A stretch of DNA of 45,011 bases from Scyliorhinus canicula (lineage: Eukaryota): NCBI RefSeq assembly GCF_902713615.1, contig NW_024055498.1:813867-858877 (forward strand), in the 5' to 3' direction. The translations under genes and the position numbers were made by a program. The notes beneath the pieces were generated by a model. That model did no database searches and was not told where the DNA came from. It saw only the letters and a list, made by a program, of their open reading frames with translations. This document shows positions 9,990-19,906 of the stretch, piece by piece. Position 1 is the stretch's first letter. Each line of letters starts with the position of its first letter.

Positions 9990-11995
9990 AAACTGGAGAA
10001 CGATGAGAAGGGATGGTCAACGCAGAGCTGCGGGTGTTGTACCTGAATGTGCGCAGTATACAGAACAAAGTAAATGAACTCATTGCACACATTGAAATTG
10101 GTCGGTACGATGTTGTGGACACCACAGAGACTTGGCTGCGAGGGGATCAGTGCTGGAATCTAAATATCCAAGGATATGTGTCCTATCGAAAGGACAGGCA
10201 GATGGGAAAAGGGGGTGGGGTTGCATTGTGAGTAAGGAATGAAATTAACTCAATAGCAAGAAGCAATTTAAGGTAAGAAGGCATAGAATCCCTGTGGGCA
10301 GAGTTGACGAATCGCAAAGGAAAAAATACGCTGATGAGAGTTACGTACAGCCCCCTAGCCATAGTCAGAATGTGGGGCACAAAATAAATCAGGAGATGTA
10401 AAAACGCATATAAGGGAGGCAATATTACAATAATCATGGGGGACTTCAATATGCAGGAGAATAGGGAAAGGCAGGTTGGTAGCAGATCCCAAGGAATGGA
10501 ATTTGTGGAATATCGATGAAAAGTTTTTTTGGAGCAGCTTGTGATAGAGGTCAGTCGAGAACAGGCAATTCTACATTTGCTGATGTGTAATGAGGTCGAC
10601 TTGAGTAGGGAACTGAAGGAGAAGGAACCCTCACGGGGCAGTGACCACAATATGATAGAATTCATCCTGCAGTTTGGAGGTCGAATCTGGAGTCAAATGT
10701 AACAGTATTACAATTGAATAAAGTTAACTACAAAGATAAAGGGAGGAGCTGGCCAGAGTTGATTAAAGGGGAGCTGAGCAGGGAGACAGTGAAACAGCAG
10801 TGGCAGGACGTTTTGGGGACTATTCGCGAGGCACTGCATAAATTAATCCCAATGAGGAGGAAACATGCGAAGCAGAGGACAGAGCATCCACGGTTGACAA
10901 GGGAAGTCAAGGACAGCATAAAAGCAAAGGAATAAACAGACAATGTGGCAAAGATTAATGGGATGCCAGAGGATACGAAAGCCTTTAAAAGCTGATGTAA
11001 TGTAAAAGCTAATAAAGATTTTTATTATTACTTTTGAACTGGGGGCACTGATGCTACGTTTTCAGACGATGCAAAGATACATAGTGGAATAAGTTGTGCT
11101 GAGGAAGCAGAGAGGCTGCAGAAAGACCTGGTCAGGCCAAGAAAGTGGGCAAAGAAGTAGCAAATAGAATACAATGTAGAAATGTTTGAGGTTCCGCACT
11201 TTGGAGGAAACATAGAGTATTTTCTAATTGGGGTAGGGCTGAGGAAATCAGAAGCTCAAATGGACTTCCGAATTCTAGTTGAGGATTCTCTTAAGGTTAA
11301 CTTGAAGGATCAGTTCGCAGCAAGGAAGGCAAATGCAATTTTAGCATTCATGTTGCGAGGGCTAGATTACAGGAACAGGGATGTAACTGTTGAGGCTCTA
11401 TAAGGTCAGACTCCCATCTGGAATATCGTGAGCAGTTTTGGTCCCCTTTTCTAAGGAAGGATGTGCTGGCCTTGGAGAAGCTCCAGAGAAGATTCACAAG
11501 TCTGATCCTCGGAATGACGGACTTTTCATAAAAAGAGCAGTTGAGGACTCTGGGTCTGTGCAGGATAGAGTTTAGAAGGATGAGGTGCTGTGGGGGGTGG
11601 GGGCGCGGGTGGTGGGGTTGGCGGAGAGGGGGAGCGGGGGGGGGGGGGGGGTCTCATTGAAACTTACAGAAAAGCGAGAGACCCAGTAGGTGAAACTAGA
11701 ACCCGAGGGCACAGCCTCAGATTTAAGGGACGATCCTTCAAAACTGAGAAGAGGAGCAATTTATTCAGCCAGAGGGTCTTGAATCTGTGGAACTCATTCC
11801 CGCAGAAGGCTGTGGAGGCCAAATCACTGAGTGTCTTTAAGATAGAGATAGACAGGTTCTTGATTAATAATGGGATCAGGGATTGTGGGGAAAAGGCAGG
11901 AAAATGGGGATTAGAAACATAACAGTCACGTTTGAATGGGGAGCACACTCAATGGACTGAAAGGCCGGGTTCCGCTCCTATCTCTTATGATTTTA
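9990..11995 (+). mobile_element. Degraded, internally deleted CR1 ORF2 and 3' tail
   Basis: LRVLYLNVRSIQNK...TETWL (APE) at 10013-10231, multiple stops and frameshifts, a jump into the RT DDAK region at ~11050, C-terminal TRGHSLRFKG..FSQRVLNLWNS, and a tail at ~11995. Confidence 0.85.
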
Positions 11996-12454
11996 TGGTA
12001 GGAAGACCATCTATGGACGGCTTGATTGCCGTCGCAGATATGGTGGGTGGAAGGGCGTCTTTTTATACTGTAAAACACTCAGACTCCATGACCCTATGAC
12101 AGGGTCTAAAGCAATGATCACTAATGCAGGGTGTAGATTAACTTAAATTCAGATTGCATCTCGTGCAGTGATTGCTGATCCAGGGTCTCGATTACCATAA
12201 ACAGAGACACGTTCTGGTGGAGCGATTACTCCTACAAGGTTTGATTAACCTTCAATGAGATAGGACCTAAAGCAGTGATTATTCATACAGTATCTAGAAT
12301 ATTATAAACTGAGGCAGGGTCTATTGCAGTCATTCCTGCTCAGGGTCTGGATTAATATATGTGTAAAGAGTTAATAGGCCATACTATTAAAACGTGGTCG
12401 ACTAGGCTGGTTATGGGATGATTTTAATAAGGGAATTGAGGTAAAGAGGAGTAC

Positions 12455-12938
12455 TGTTGAAGGAACTTTAGTTGGCGGATTAGTTGCCTGAATACTCTGT
12501 ATTCATTTTAACTGGCTGCTCGACTATATCTCATGTAAATAGGCACTTGGCAAAGCATGATGGATATTTAGCCTTATTTTTAGTCAAGAAGTTCTGTATG
12601 AAGCAGTCAGAAGGTCATACAGTGTAAACACGCATACAGCTGCACACTGTTTTGCTGACAGCAGACAATTATTATTTTTCTTAGGCGAGGAACTCAAGGC
12701 CTGTATTTAAACTCAACTCCGGCCTGCTCGCTTTTCTCCCTTTTTGCTAATCTAAAGAATGTATTTTGTCCAAGATATTGCTTACTGTAATATATAAATT
12801 GCTTGCCTTACCTCTGTAAAGCGGGGACTTTTGGAATGACTGTGGTCTATCTAATCCCCCCCCCCCCCCCACGAACTTCGTGTTAAATAAAGAACCTTTG
12901 GCGAAAACTCGAAGTGCTGACTATTAATTTCTTCAACA
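12455..12938 (+). mobile_element. Solo LTR, 484 bp
   Basis: Ends TGTTGAAG...CTTCAACA (8-bp inverted termini). 5-bp TSD AGTAC/AGTAG (12450-54, 12939-43). TATTTAAA at 12704-11 and AATAAA at 12886-91. Absent at the paralogous site in copy B (~18811). Confidence 0.9.
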
Positions 12939-13180
12939 AGTAGGGAATGAATACCAGAGCTTAGGACAGAGACATATGAAGACATCGAAAGGTGAACCAA
13001 ATAATTCAGAAGATAACATTACATCTTGATTGATTAGAGTTGCAAAAAATAAGAAAAATGTTTCATATGCACACCTACACGAACGGTCAATACGTGTTTG
13101 CAGCGATTTTAGTAGTTCTTCTTAACCAGATGAGTGTTGTATGATTGGGTGGGCTTTTCTCCTATGAGTGCCCACCATCA

Positions 13181-13524
13181 GGGCAGCAGGGTAGCATGGT
13201 GGTTTGCATAAATGCTTCACAGCTCCAGGGTCCCAGGTTCGATTCCCGGCTGGGTCACTGTCTGTGTGGAGTCTGCACGTCCTCCCCCTGTGTGCGTGGG
13301 TTTCCTCCGGGTGCTCCGGTTTCCTCCCACAGTCCAAAGATGTGCGGGTTAGGTGGATTGGCCATGCTAAATTGCCCGTAGTGTCCTAATAAAAGTAAGG
13401 TTAAGGGGGGGGTTGTTGGGTTACGGGTATAGGGTGGATACGTGGGTTTGAGTAGGGTGATCATGGCTCGGCACAACATTGAGGGCCGAAGGGCCTGTTC
13501 TGTGCTGTACTGTTCTATGTTCTA
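13181..13524 (+). mobile_element. Full-length HE1-like tRNA-headed SINE with CR1 tail
   Basis: Head GGGCAGCAGGGTAGCATGG..GGTTCGATTCC (B box). Tail 13468-13524 matches the CR1 tail at 6975-7040. TSD ACCATC (13174-79, 13527-32). Empty site in copy B (~19040). Confidence 0.9.
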
Positions 13525-13598
13525 TTACCATCGTGGCGATACTGTGAGAACACGGTTATGTCTAACTCTGCCAGTGCATTAGGTGATGGGTTAATATA

Positions 13599-13768
13599 TT
13601 TTTAAAATAAATTTAGAGTACCAAATTATTTTTTCCAGTTAAGGGGTAATTTAGCGTGGCCAATCCTCCTACCTTGCACGTCTTTGGGTTGTGGGGGTGA
13701 AACACACGCAGACACGGGGAGAATGTGCAAAATCCACACGGACAGTGACTTAGGCCCGGGATTCGAAC
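13599..13768 (-). mobile_element. 5'-truncated SINE with short AT-rich tail
   Basis: Same body as 15072-15294. 18-bp TSD AGGTGAT(G/T)GGTTAATATA (13581-98, 13769-86). Confidence 0.85.
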
Positions 13769-15071
13769 AGGTGATTGGTTAATATAAATGGAGGTATGAA
13801 AATAAGCACCATCGTGAAAAAAAACTTTCCAATCGATAGAGCATAACACAAGAGTAAATTCATAATTGTGAACAAAACAGAGATTTCGTCTAAATTTTGG
13901 AAATTGCTGTGCACCGGTGTTCACATGTAGACATGTCTCCCAAGACCAGTTCATTCCTGGGATGTTGGTAAAATATTCAACTCAATATTGCCCACATGAT
14001 ACCAGAGCAAATACACATTTAATACAACTACTTATAGATATTAACAGGAATTAACATAATCTCATAATCAACGATGATTGTACTTGGAGAAACAAGCAAA
14101 CATGTACAATCATTTGTAATATCGAGAGACAACAGGAACATGGTCCGGTGTAATATCAACAGAGACAGGCCCTGGTGTAAAGAAACAAATCCCTGTGGAA
14201 TATAATAGAGACGGAACTTAATGTAATCTAATCCTATGCATATTCTAGCGTATTATTAACTGAGTGTAGCACACACAGTACAGTGTAGTATAGACAGGGA
14301 CAGGGATTACTTTAATAGAAATAAAGACAGGGTCTCATTTAACATGAGAATAAACAAATTTGATGTAATACAGTGCATAGAAAATAGAGCAGGAGTAGAC
14401 CATTCTGCCCTTCGAGCCTGCACCGCTATTCATTCTGATCATGGCTGATCATCCACCTAAATAACCTGTTCCCACTTTCCCCCATAGCATTTGGTCGCTC
14501 CAGTGTTTTGATCTCCAAGAGCTTTATCGAACTCCTTCTTGAAAACATACAATACTTTGGAGTCAACTTCGCTCTGTGGTAGAGAATTCCACAGGTTCAC
14601 AATATTACCCCTCATCTCAGTTTTAAATGGTTTACCCCGTATCCTTATACTGTGACCCCTGGTTCTACCTTCCCCGCCATCGGACACATCCTTTCTGCAT
14701 CCGCCCTGTCTCGTCCTGTTACAATTTGATCGGTTTATAATCAGAGGGTGGATTTAATATTTCATAAATTAGTGTCTTCTGTTTTCTGACCTTCCTGCCA
14801 GTGAATCAAGTTTCTTCCTAATTAATCAAACAAAAACCTTCATAATTTTGACAATTTTTACACGCATCCCATAACCTGCTCTGTTCTGAGGGAAACAATC
14901 CGAGCTTCCAACCGATGTGACCGTGCAGCTCATACAGTGTGAAGACCCAGTTGTATATATTTTTATGCCTTGCTTGTGTTCAGATGCTATTCTTGGAATT
15001 ATTGACATTTTATATGGAGCCAGTGGAATTCTCATTCACCAATACCATCGTGTTAGAACAAGTTGTAAGAC

Positions 15072-15294
15072 GGGGGCAGCACGGTGGGGCAGTTGTTAGC
15101 ACTGCTGCCTCACGGCGCCGATGTCCCAGGTTCGATCCCGGCTTTGGGTCCCTGGGCGTGTGGAGTTTGCACATTCTCCCCGTGTTTGCGTGGGTTTCGC
15201 CCCCACAACCCAAAGATGTGCAGCGTAGGTGGATTGGCCACGCTAAAAAGCCAATTAATCGGGAAAAAATAATTGGGTACTCTAAATTTATAAA
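15072..15294 (+). mobile_element. Full-length SINE with short AT-rich tail
   Basis: Head GGGCAGCACGGTGG..GGTTCGATCCC; tail AATTGGGTACTCTAAATTTATAAAA; TSD AGAA(C/T)AAGT (15055-63, 15295-303). Absent in copy B (~20890). Confidence 0.85.
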
Positions 15295-15769
15295 AGAATA
15301 AGTCACAAGACTAATAAAAGACTAGCCTCTGAAAATTAAATTGACCCATGTAAGGCTGCACCCAGAACTTTAGATACACTGAGCAATATCTCAGAATGTA
15401 ATGTCAAAATGCAAAGCATGATAGGTCAATAGTCTTGTTTCGTGAGAATCAATATCACCTCTCACGACAGCCTGTGATCAAATGCAGGAGTATTTTATGT
15501 TTCAGTTGTTCCATCTTTTATATGTGATTATATTACAGCCTTAGGGCTGCTTCGCAATATTGTTGCTGGACTGGTAATCTGGAGGCCTGAACTATTACTC
15601 CAGAGGCAGGAGTACACATTCCACCAGGGCATATTGCAATGATGTGAGCAGTTTTGGTCTCCTTACCTAAGGGTAGATATTTTGGAGGCCGTCCAGAGAA
15701 GGTACATGGGTCGAATGGCCAACTTCTGCTCCTACATCTTATGGTTTTATAATTGAATGAATTAATAAA

Positions 15770-15960
15770 TCAGCAATAAAAATCGTCGTGTCATTCATAA
15801 TACTCATGAAGCTCTTGAAATTTCCCAAAGCTCAGCAGGTTCACCAATGTCCTTCAGGAAAATAAATCTTCCCGCCTTCCCCTGTCTGGCCTATATGTAA
15901 CTAGTTCAGCAATGATGTGGTTGACGCTTAACTACCGAGCAAGCCAGTCAGTCGAAGAGA
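15770..15960 (+). mobile_element. DeuSINE/SacSINE1-like core remnant (paralogue ~21960-22170; another copy ~32640-32900)
   Basis: Recurrent motif GGTTCACCAATGTCCTTCAGG..TCTGGCCTATATGT..GCAATGATGTGGTTGAC. The family assignment is from memory and needs a Repbase/Dfam search. Confidence 0.45.
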
Positions 15961-17550
15961 ATCTGCTACATAAAGTCAAATGTAAATTCAACTGTGCAAA
16001 GTGCACCTTATCTAAAAGGTGGTTCTCATCCGGCTTCACAGGACGGACAGTTAATGCTGACTGTGTCAGTGAGGGTCATAGGCCGGGAATGAATGTTAAA
16101 AATAGTGCAAAGTGCTGTAGAATCCGGAAATCTAAAACAAAAACAAAATAAAAAAGGCTGCTCAGCAGGTCAGTGAGCATCAGCAGAGAGAGAAACAGAT
16201 TCACATTTCTAGTGGATTGCCTCATTGACATAATTCTAAAGAGTAGAGCTGATTTTCCCAGTATCCTCGACCAATGTCCGTTCTTGAACATAAATCACAG
16301 ATTGGTTGGTCACTGATCACATTTCAGGCTGTGGGATCTTGCTGTGTACAAATTTCCTGCTATGTTTCCAACATTACAGCAGTGACTAAATTCAGCAAAA
16401 ATACATCAGTGAGTTTTCAGGGCGTTGGGATGACCTGAGGTTGGGTAAAGCGTTTCACAAAAGCAAGCTCTTTCCAAATGCTAACATTTTTAAATGCAGG
16501 TTGTAAGATTTTGAAAGATCTGAGATTAATGTGACTATAGATCACTCCTCTGCCTGATGTTTTAATTTATCTACTTTAAATCGGTTAATATTTCAATCAA
16601 ATTAGCATTCAGTGGAATAACAGCCTGGTTAAAGATGCTTTATTAATTGAGACATCAGAACTTTCAGAATTAATACTTAATTCAACTGTATTCTTTAATT
16701 CAATTAAGTAACATCTGTTCTAATGGAGGGTTCTATACATTTTAATAGACTGTTAATATTCTTAAAATAACCGGCTATTTTGAGTTGAAACTAATCAATA
16801 AGTGGCTGTGTTTATCTCGTTTTGCTGACATTGTGCCAGTGAGATGTTTATGTAAATAAACACAGGAATAGAAGGCCCAGTTTAGATTGTAGACTGACAA
16901 AAACAAAACAACTATTTCCCCGCCGACAGAGCACAGAAATAGAGATGAAGATGTAAATAGATGAACGGATTCAAGTAGTAATTGTTTTTGGACATTTATT
17001 TCTTCATCAGTTATATGAGAAAAATGTCATCATGATATCTATGTTCAGAATGAGGAAAGTTTCCCTTTAATCTCGAATATTATGACATGCCAAATGTGTT
17101 CGTAGAGTTTTCATGTATCTGATATCTGTGTCTTTCTCCCAATTGGTTCTGTCTCATGCCTCTCCATGATGGGTCATTGTTTGTAATCGACAAATTGAAG
17201 TCAACATGTGCCCAATATATTCTCTCAGCCCGATCACACCCCATTGGCTTCCAACTAAATGGATCTAATCCAATTAATTGGAATACATAGAGAGAGTTTT
17301 CTTCTAAAATGTGGTTGGAGCATTCAATTACCTTGTAGTGTTTCATGAGAACTGTAGAGAAAATTTTACTCTGTATCTAACCTGAGCTGCACAGAGTGGT
17401 GAGGATTTGATGTGGCAGTGCCGAAGGATCTTTCCCTATATCTAACCAGTCTGACAGACATAGATAGTTTCTTGATTAATAAGGGGATCAGGGGTTATTA
17501 TAGGGAGATAACAGGAGATGGGCGATTAGAAACATAACTGGAAAAAATAA

Positions 17551-17737
17551 GGGGCTGGTTTAGCTCACTCGGCTAAATCGCTGGCTTTTAAAGCAGACCA
17601 AGCAGGCCAGCAGCATGGTTCGATTCCCGTACCAGCCTCCCCGGACAGGCGCCGGAAAGTGGCGACTAGGGGCTTTTCACAGTAACTTCATTGAATCCTA
17701 CTCGTGACAATAAGCGATTTTCAATCTTTCAATTTCA
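17551..17737 (+). mobile_element. Short SINE with a different tRNA-derived head and tail type B
   Basis: Acceptor-like stem GGCTGGT (17553-59) / ACCAGCC (17631-37) and B box GGTTCGATTCC (17617-27). Tail GGCGCCGGAAAGTGGCGACTAGGGGCTTTTCACAGTAACTTCATTG..GTGACAATAAG. A - strand relative lies at 23417-23553. Confidence 0.8.
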
Positions 17738-17762
17738 ATAACAGTCATGATTGAATGAGGAG

Positions 17763-17981
17763 GGGCAGCGCAGTGGCGCAGTGGTTAGCATAGCTGCCTC
17801 ACAGTGCCGAGGTCGATCCTGTCCCTGGGTCACTGCCCGTGTGGAGTTTGCACATTCTCCCCGTGTTTGCATGGGTTTCGTCTCCACAACCCAAAAGATG
17901 TGCAGGGTAGGTGGATTGGCCACACTAAGTTGCCCCTTCATTGGAAAAAATGAATTGCTGACTCTAAATTTATTTTTAAAA
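17763..17981 (+). mobile_element. Full-length SINE with short AT-rich tail
   Basis: Perfect 16-bp TSD ATGATTGAATGAGGAG (17747-62, 17982-97). Confidence 0.9.
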
Positions 17982-18221
17982 ATGATTGAATGAGGAGCAC
18001 ACTCGATGGGCCTAATGGTCTAGTTCTGCTCATGTGTCTTATGGTTTTATGGTACGAAGACCATCTGTGGACGATCTTAGAATAGATAGGTGCTTGATTG
18101 CCATCGCCGATACGATGGATGGAAGGGCGTCATTCTGTATTGTAAACCTCTAAGACTCCATAGCTCTATGACAAGGTCTAAAACGATTATCACTCATACA
18201 GGGTGGAGATTAACCTAAACT

Positions 18222-18505
18222 AATCCAAAAACCTTTATTGCCACAAGTAGGCTTACATTAACACTGCAATGAAGCTACTGTCAAAAGCTACTAGTCGCAG
18301 CATTTAGGCGCCTGTTCGGGTAGACAGAGGGAGAACTCAGAAAGTCAAAGTTACCTAACAGCACGTCATTCGGGGCACGTGGGAGGAAACCGGAGAACCA
18401 GGAGGAAACCCACACAGAACACAGGGAGAACGTGCAGACTCCGCACAGTGACCCAAGTCAGGAATCGAACCTGAGACCACGGCGCTGTGAAGCAGCAGTG
18501 CCACT
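18222..18505 (-). mobile_element. SINE with HE1-like body and tail type B
   Basis: Body as in 13181-13524; tail as in 17640-17737. Absent at the paralogous site in copy A (~12150). Confidence 0.8.
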
Positions 18506-19103
18506 GAGATTGGATCTAGTGCAGTGATTACTGATACAGAGTCCACACTAACATAAACCGAGACAGGTTCTAGTGCAGAAATTACTGATACAAAGTTTGA
18601 TTCACCTTAAATGATATAGGACGTCGAGCAGTGATCATTGATTCAGAGTTTGGAATAGTCTAAACTGAGGTAGGGTCTATTTCGGTCATTCCTGCTGCAG
18701 GGTCTAGATTAATATATGTCTAAAGAATTATTAGGTCAGATGATTGAAAGCTTGGTCGACGAGGCAAGTTATATGGGATAATTTTTATTAAGGAAATTGA
18801 GGTAAAGAGGAGTGGGGGATGCGTCCCAGAGCTTAGGGCCGAGACGCATGAAGACATGGCAAAGTGAAACAATTAATTCTGAAGATAGCATTACGTCTTG
18901 ATTGATTACTGTTGCAAACATTTCGAACAATGTTTTTACCACACCGACACGAACGGTCAATACGTTTTTGCAGTGATTTCAATTGCTCTCCTTAACCAGA
19001 TGAGAGCTCTATGATTGTCCAGAAATTTATCCTATGGGTGCCAATCTGGCGGCACTGTGAGACACGGTTCTGTCTAACACTGCCAGTGCATCAGGTTCTG
19101 ATG

Positions 19104-19906
19104 ATCCACTCTGCCTATGCTCCTCATACATTTGTAGACCTCTATCAGGTCGCCGCTCAACCTCCGTCGTTCCAGTGAGAACAAACCAAGTTTATTCAAC
19201 CTCTTCTCGTAGCTAATGCCCTCCATACCAGGCAACATTCCGGTAAACCTCTTCTGCACACTCTCAAATGCCTCCACATCCTTCTGGTAGTGTGGCGACC
19301 AGAATTGAACACTATACTCCAAGTGTGGCCTAACTAAGGTTCTATACAGCTGCAACATGACTTGCCAATTTTTAAGCACTATTCTCCGACCAATGAAGGC
19401 AAGCATGCCGTATGCCTTCTTGACTACCTTCTCCACCTGTATTGCCCCTTTCAGTGACCTGTGGACGTGTACACCTAGGTCTCTCTGACTGTCAATACTC
19501 TTGAGGATTCTACCATTCACTGTATATTTTCCACCTGTATTAGACCTTTCATAATGCATGACCTCACATTTGTCCGGATTAAACTCCATCTGCCATCTCT
19601 CCACCCAAGTCTCCAAACGATCTAAATCCTGCTATGTCTTCTGACAGTCCTCATCGCTATCTGCAATTCCACCAACCTTTGTGTGAGAGAGAGTCATTGG
19701 ACTCGAAACGTCAGCACTTTTCTCTCCCTACAGATGCTGCCAGACCTGCTGAGATTTTCCAACATTTTCTCTTTCGCCCAACCAACCTTTGTGTCGTCCG
19801 TAAACGTACTAATCAGATCAGTTACATTTTCCTCAAAATAATTTATATATACTACCAACATCAAAGGTCCCACCGCTGGTCCCTGCGGAACACCACGAGT
19901 CACAAC
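19104..19906 (-). mobile_element. CR1 RT fragment (both ends truncated), specific to copy B
   Basis: ORF track 19694-20092 (GVPQGPAVGPLMLVVYINY...STFTDDTKVG) and 19074-19616 (WVERWQMEFNPDKCEV...RPHLEYSVQFWSPHYQKD). Confidence 0.85.
19685..19780 (+). mobile_element. 96-bp PLE pseudo-LTR fragment carrying the 3' half of a hammerhead ribozyme
   Basis: Perfect 14-bp TSD ACCAACCTTTGTGT (19671-84, 19781-94). Contains GAGTC-attg-GACTC-GAAA-CG-TC, but the CUGANGA box is missing. Confidence 0.7.

Larger units (their letters stand above)
11845..17455 (+). repeat. Tandem segmental duplication, copy A
   Basis: Colinear with 17460-23760 over many landmarks, e.g. GGAAGACCATCT 12001 vs CGAAGACCATCT 18055; CACGAACGGTCAATACGT 13078 vs 18948; ACAACAGGAACATGGTCC 14131 vs 19944; GGCTGCTCAGCAGGTCAGTG 16156 vs 22355. 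Confidence 0.9.

Noticed and set aside
13122-15306. Short ORFs overlapping SINEs (e.g. 13122-13337, 15010-15306; also 27081-27337, 41297-41572)
   Set aside because: They are recurrent translations of SINE bodies on both strands, not genes.
17551-17640. tRNA-Lys(TTT)-like gene
   Set aside because: Acceptor stem and B box are present, but the stem around CTTTTAA does not close a canonical 7-nt loop and there is an oversized extra arm. The sequence continues into a SINE tail, and a relative lies at 23417. It is a SINE head.
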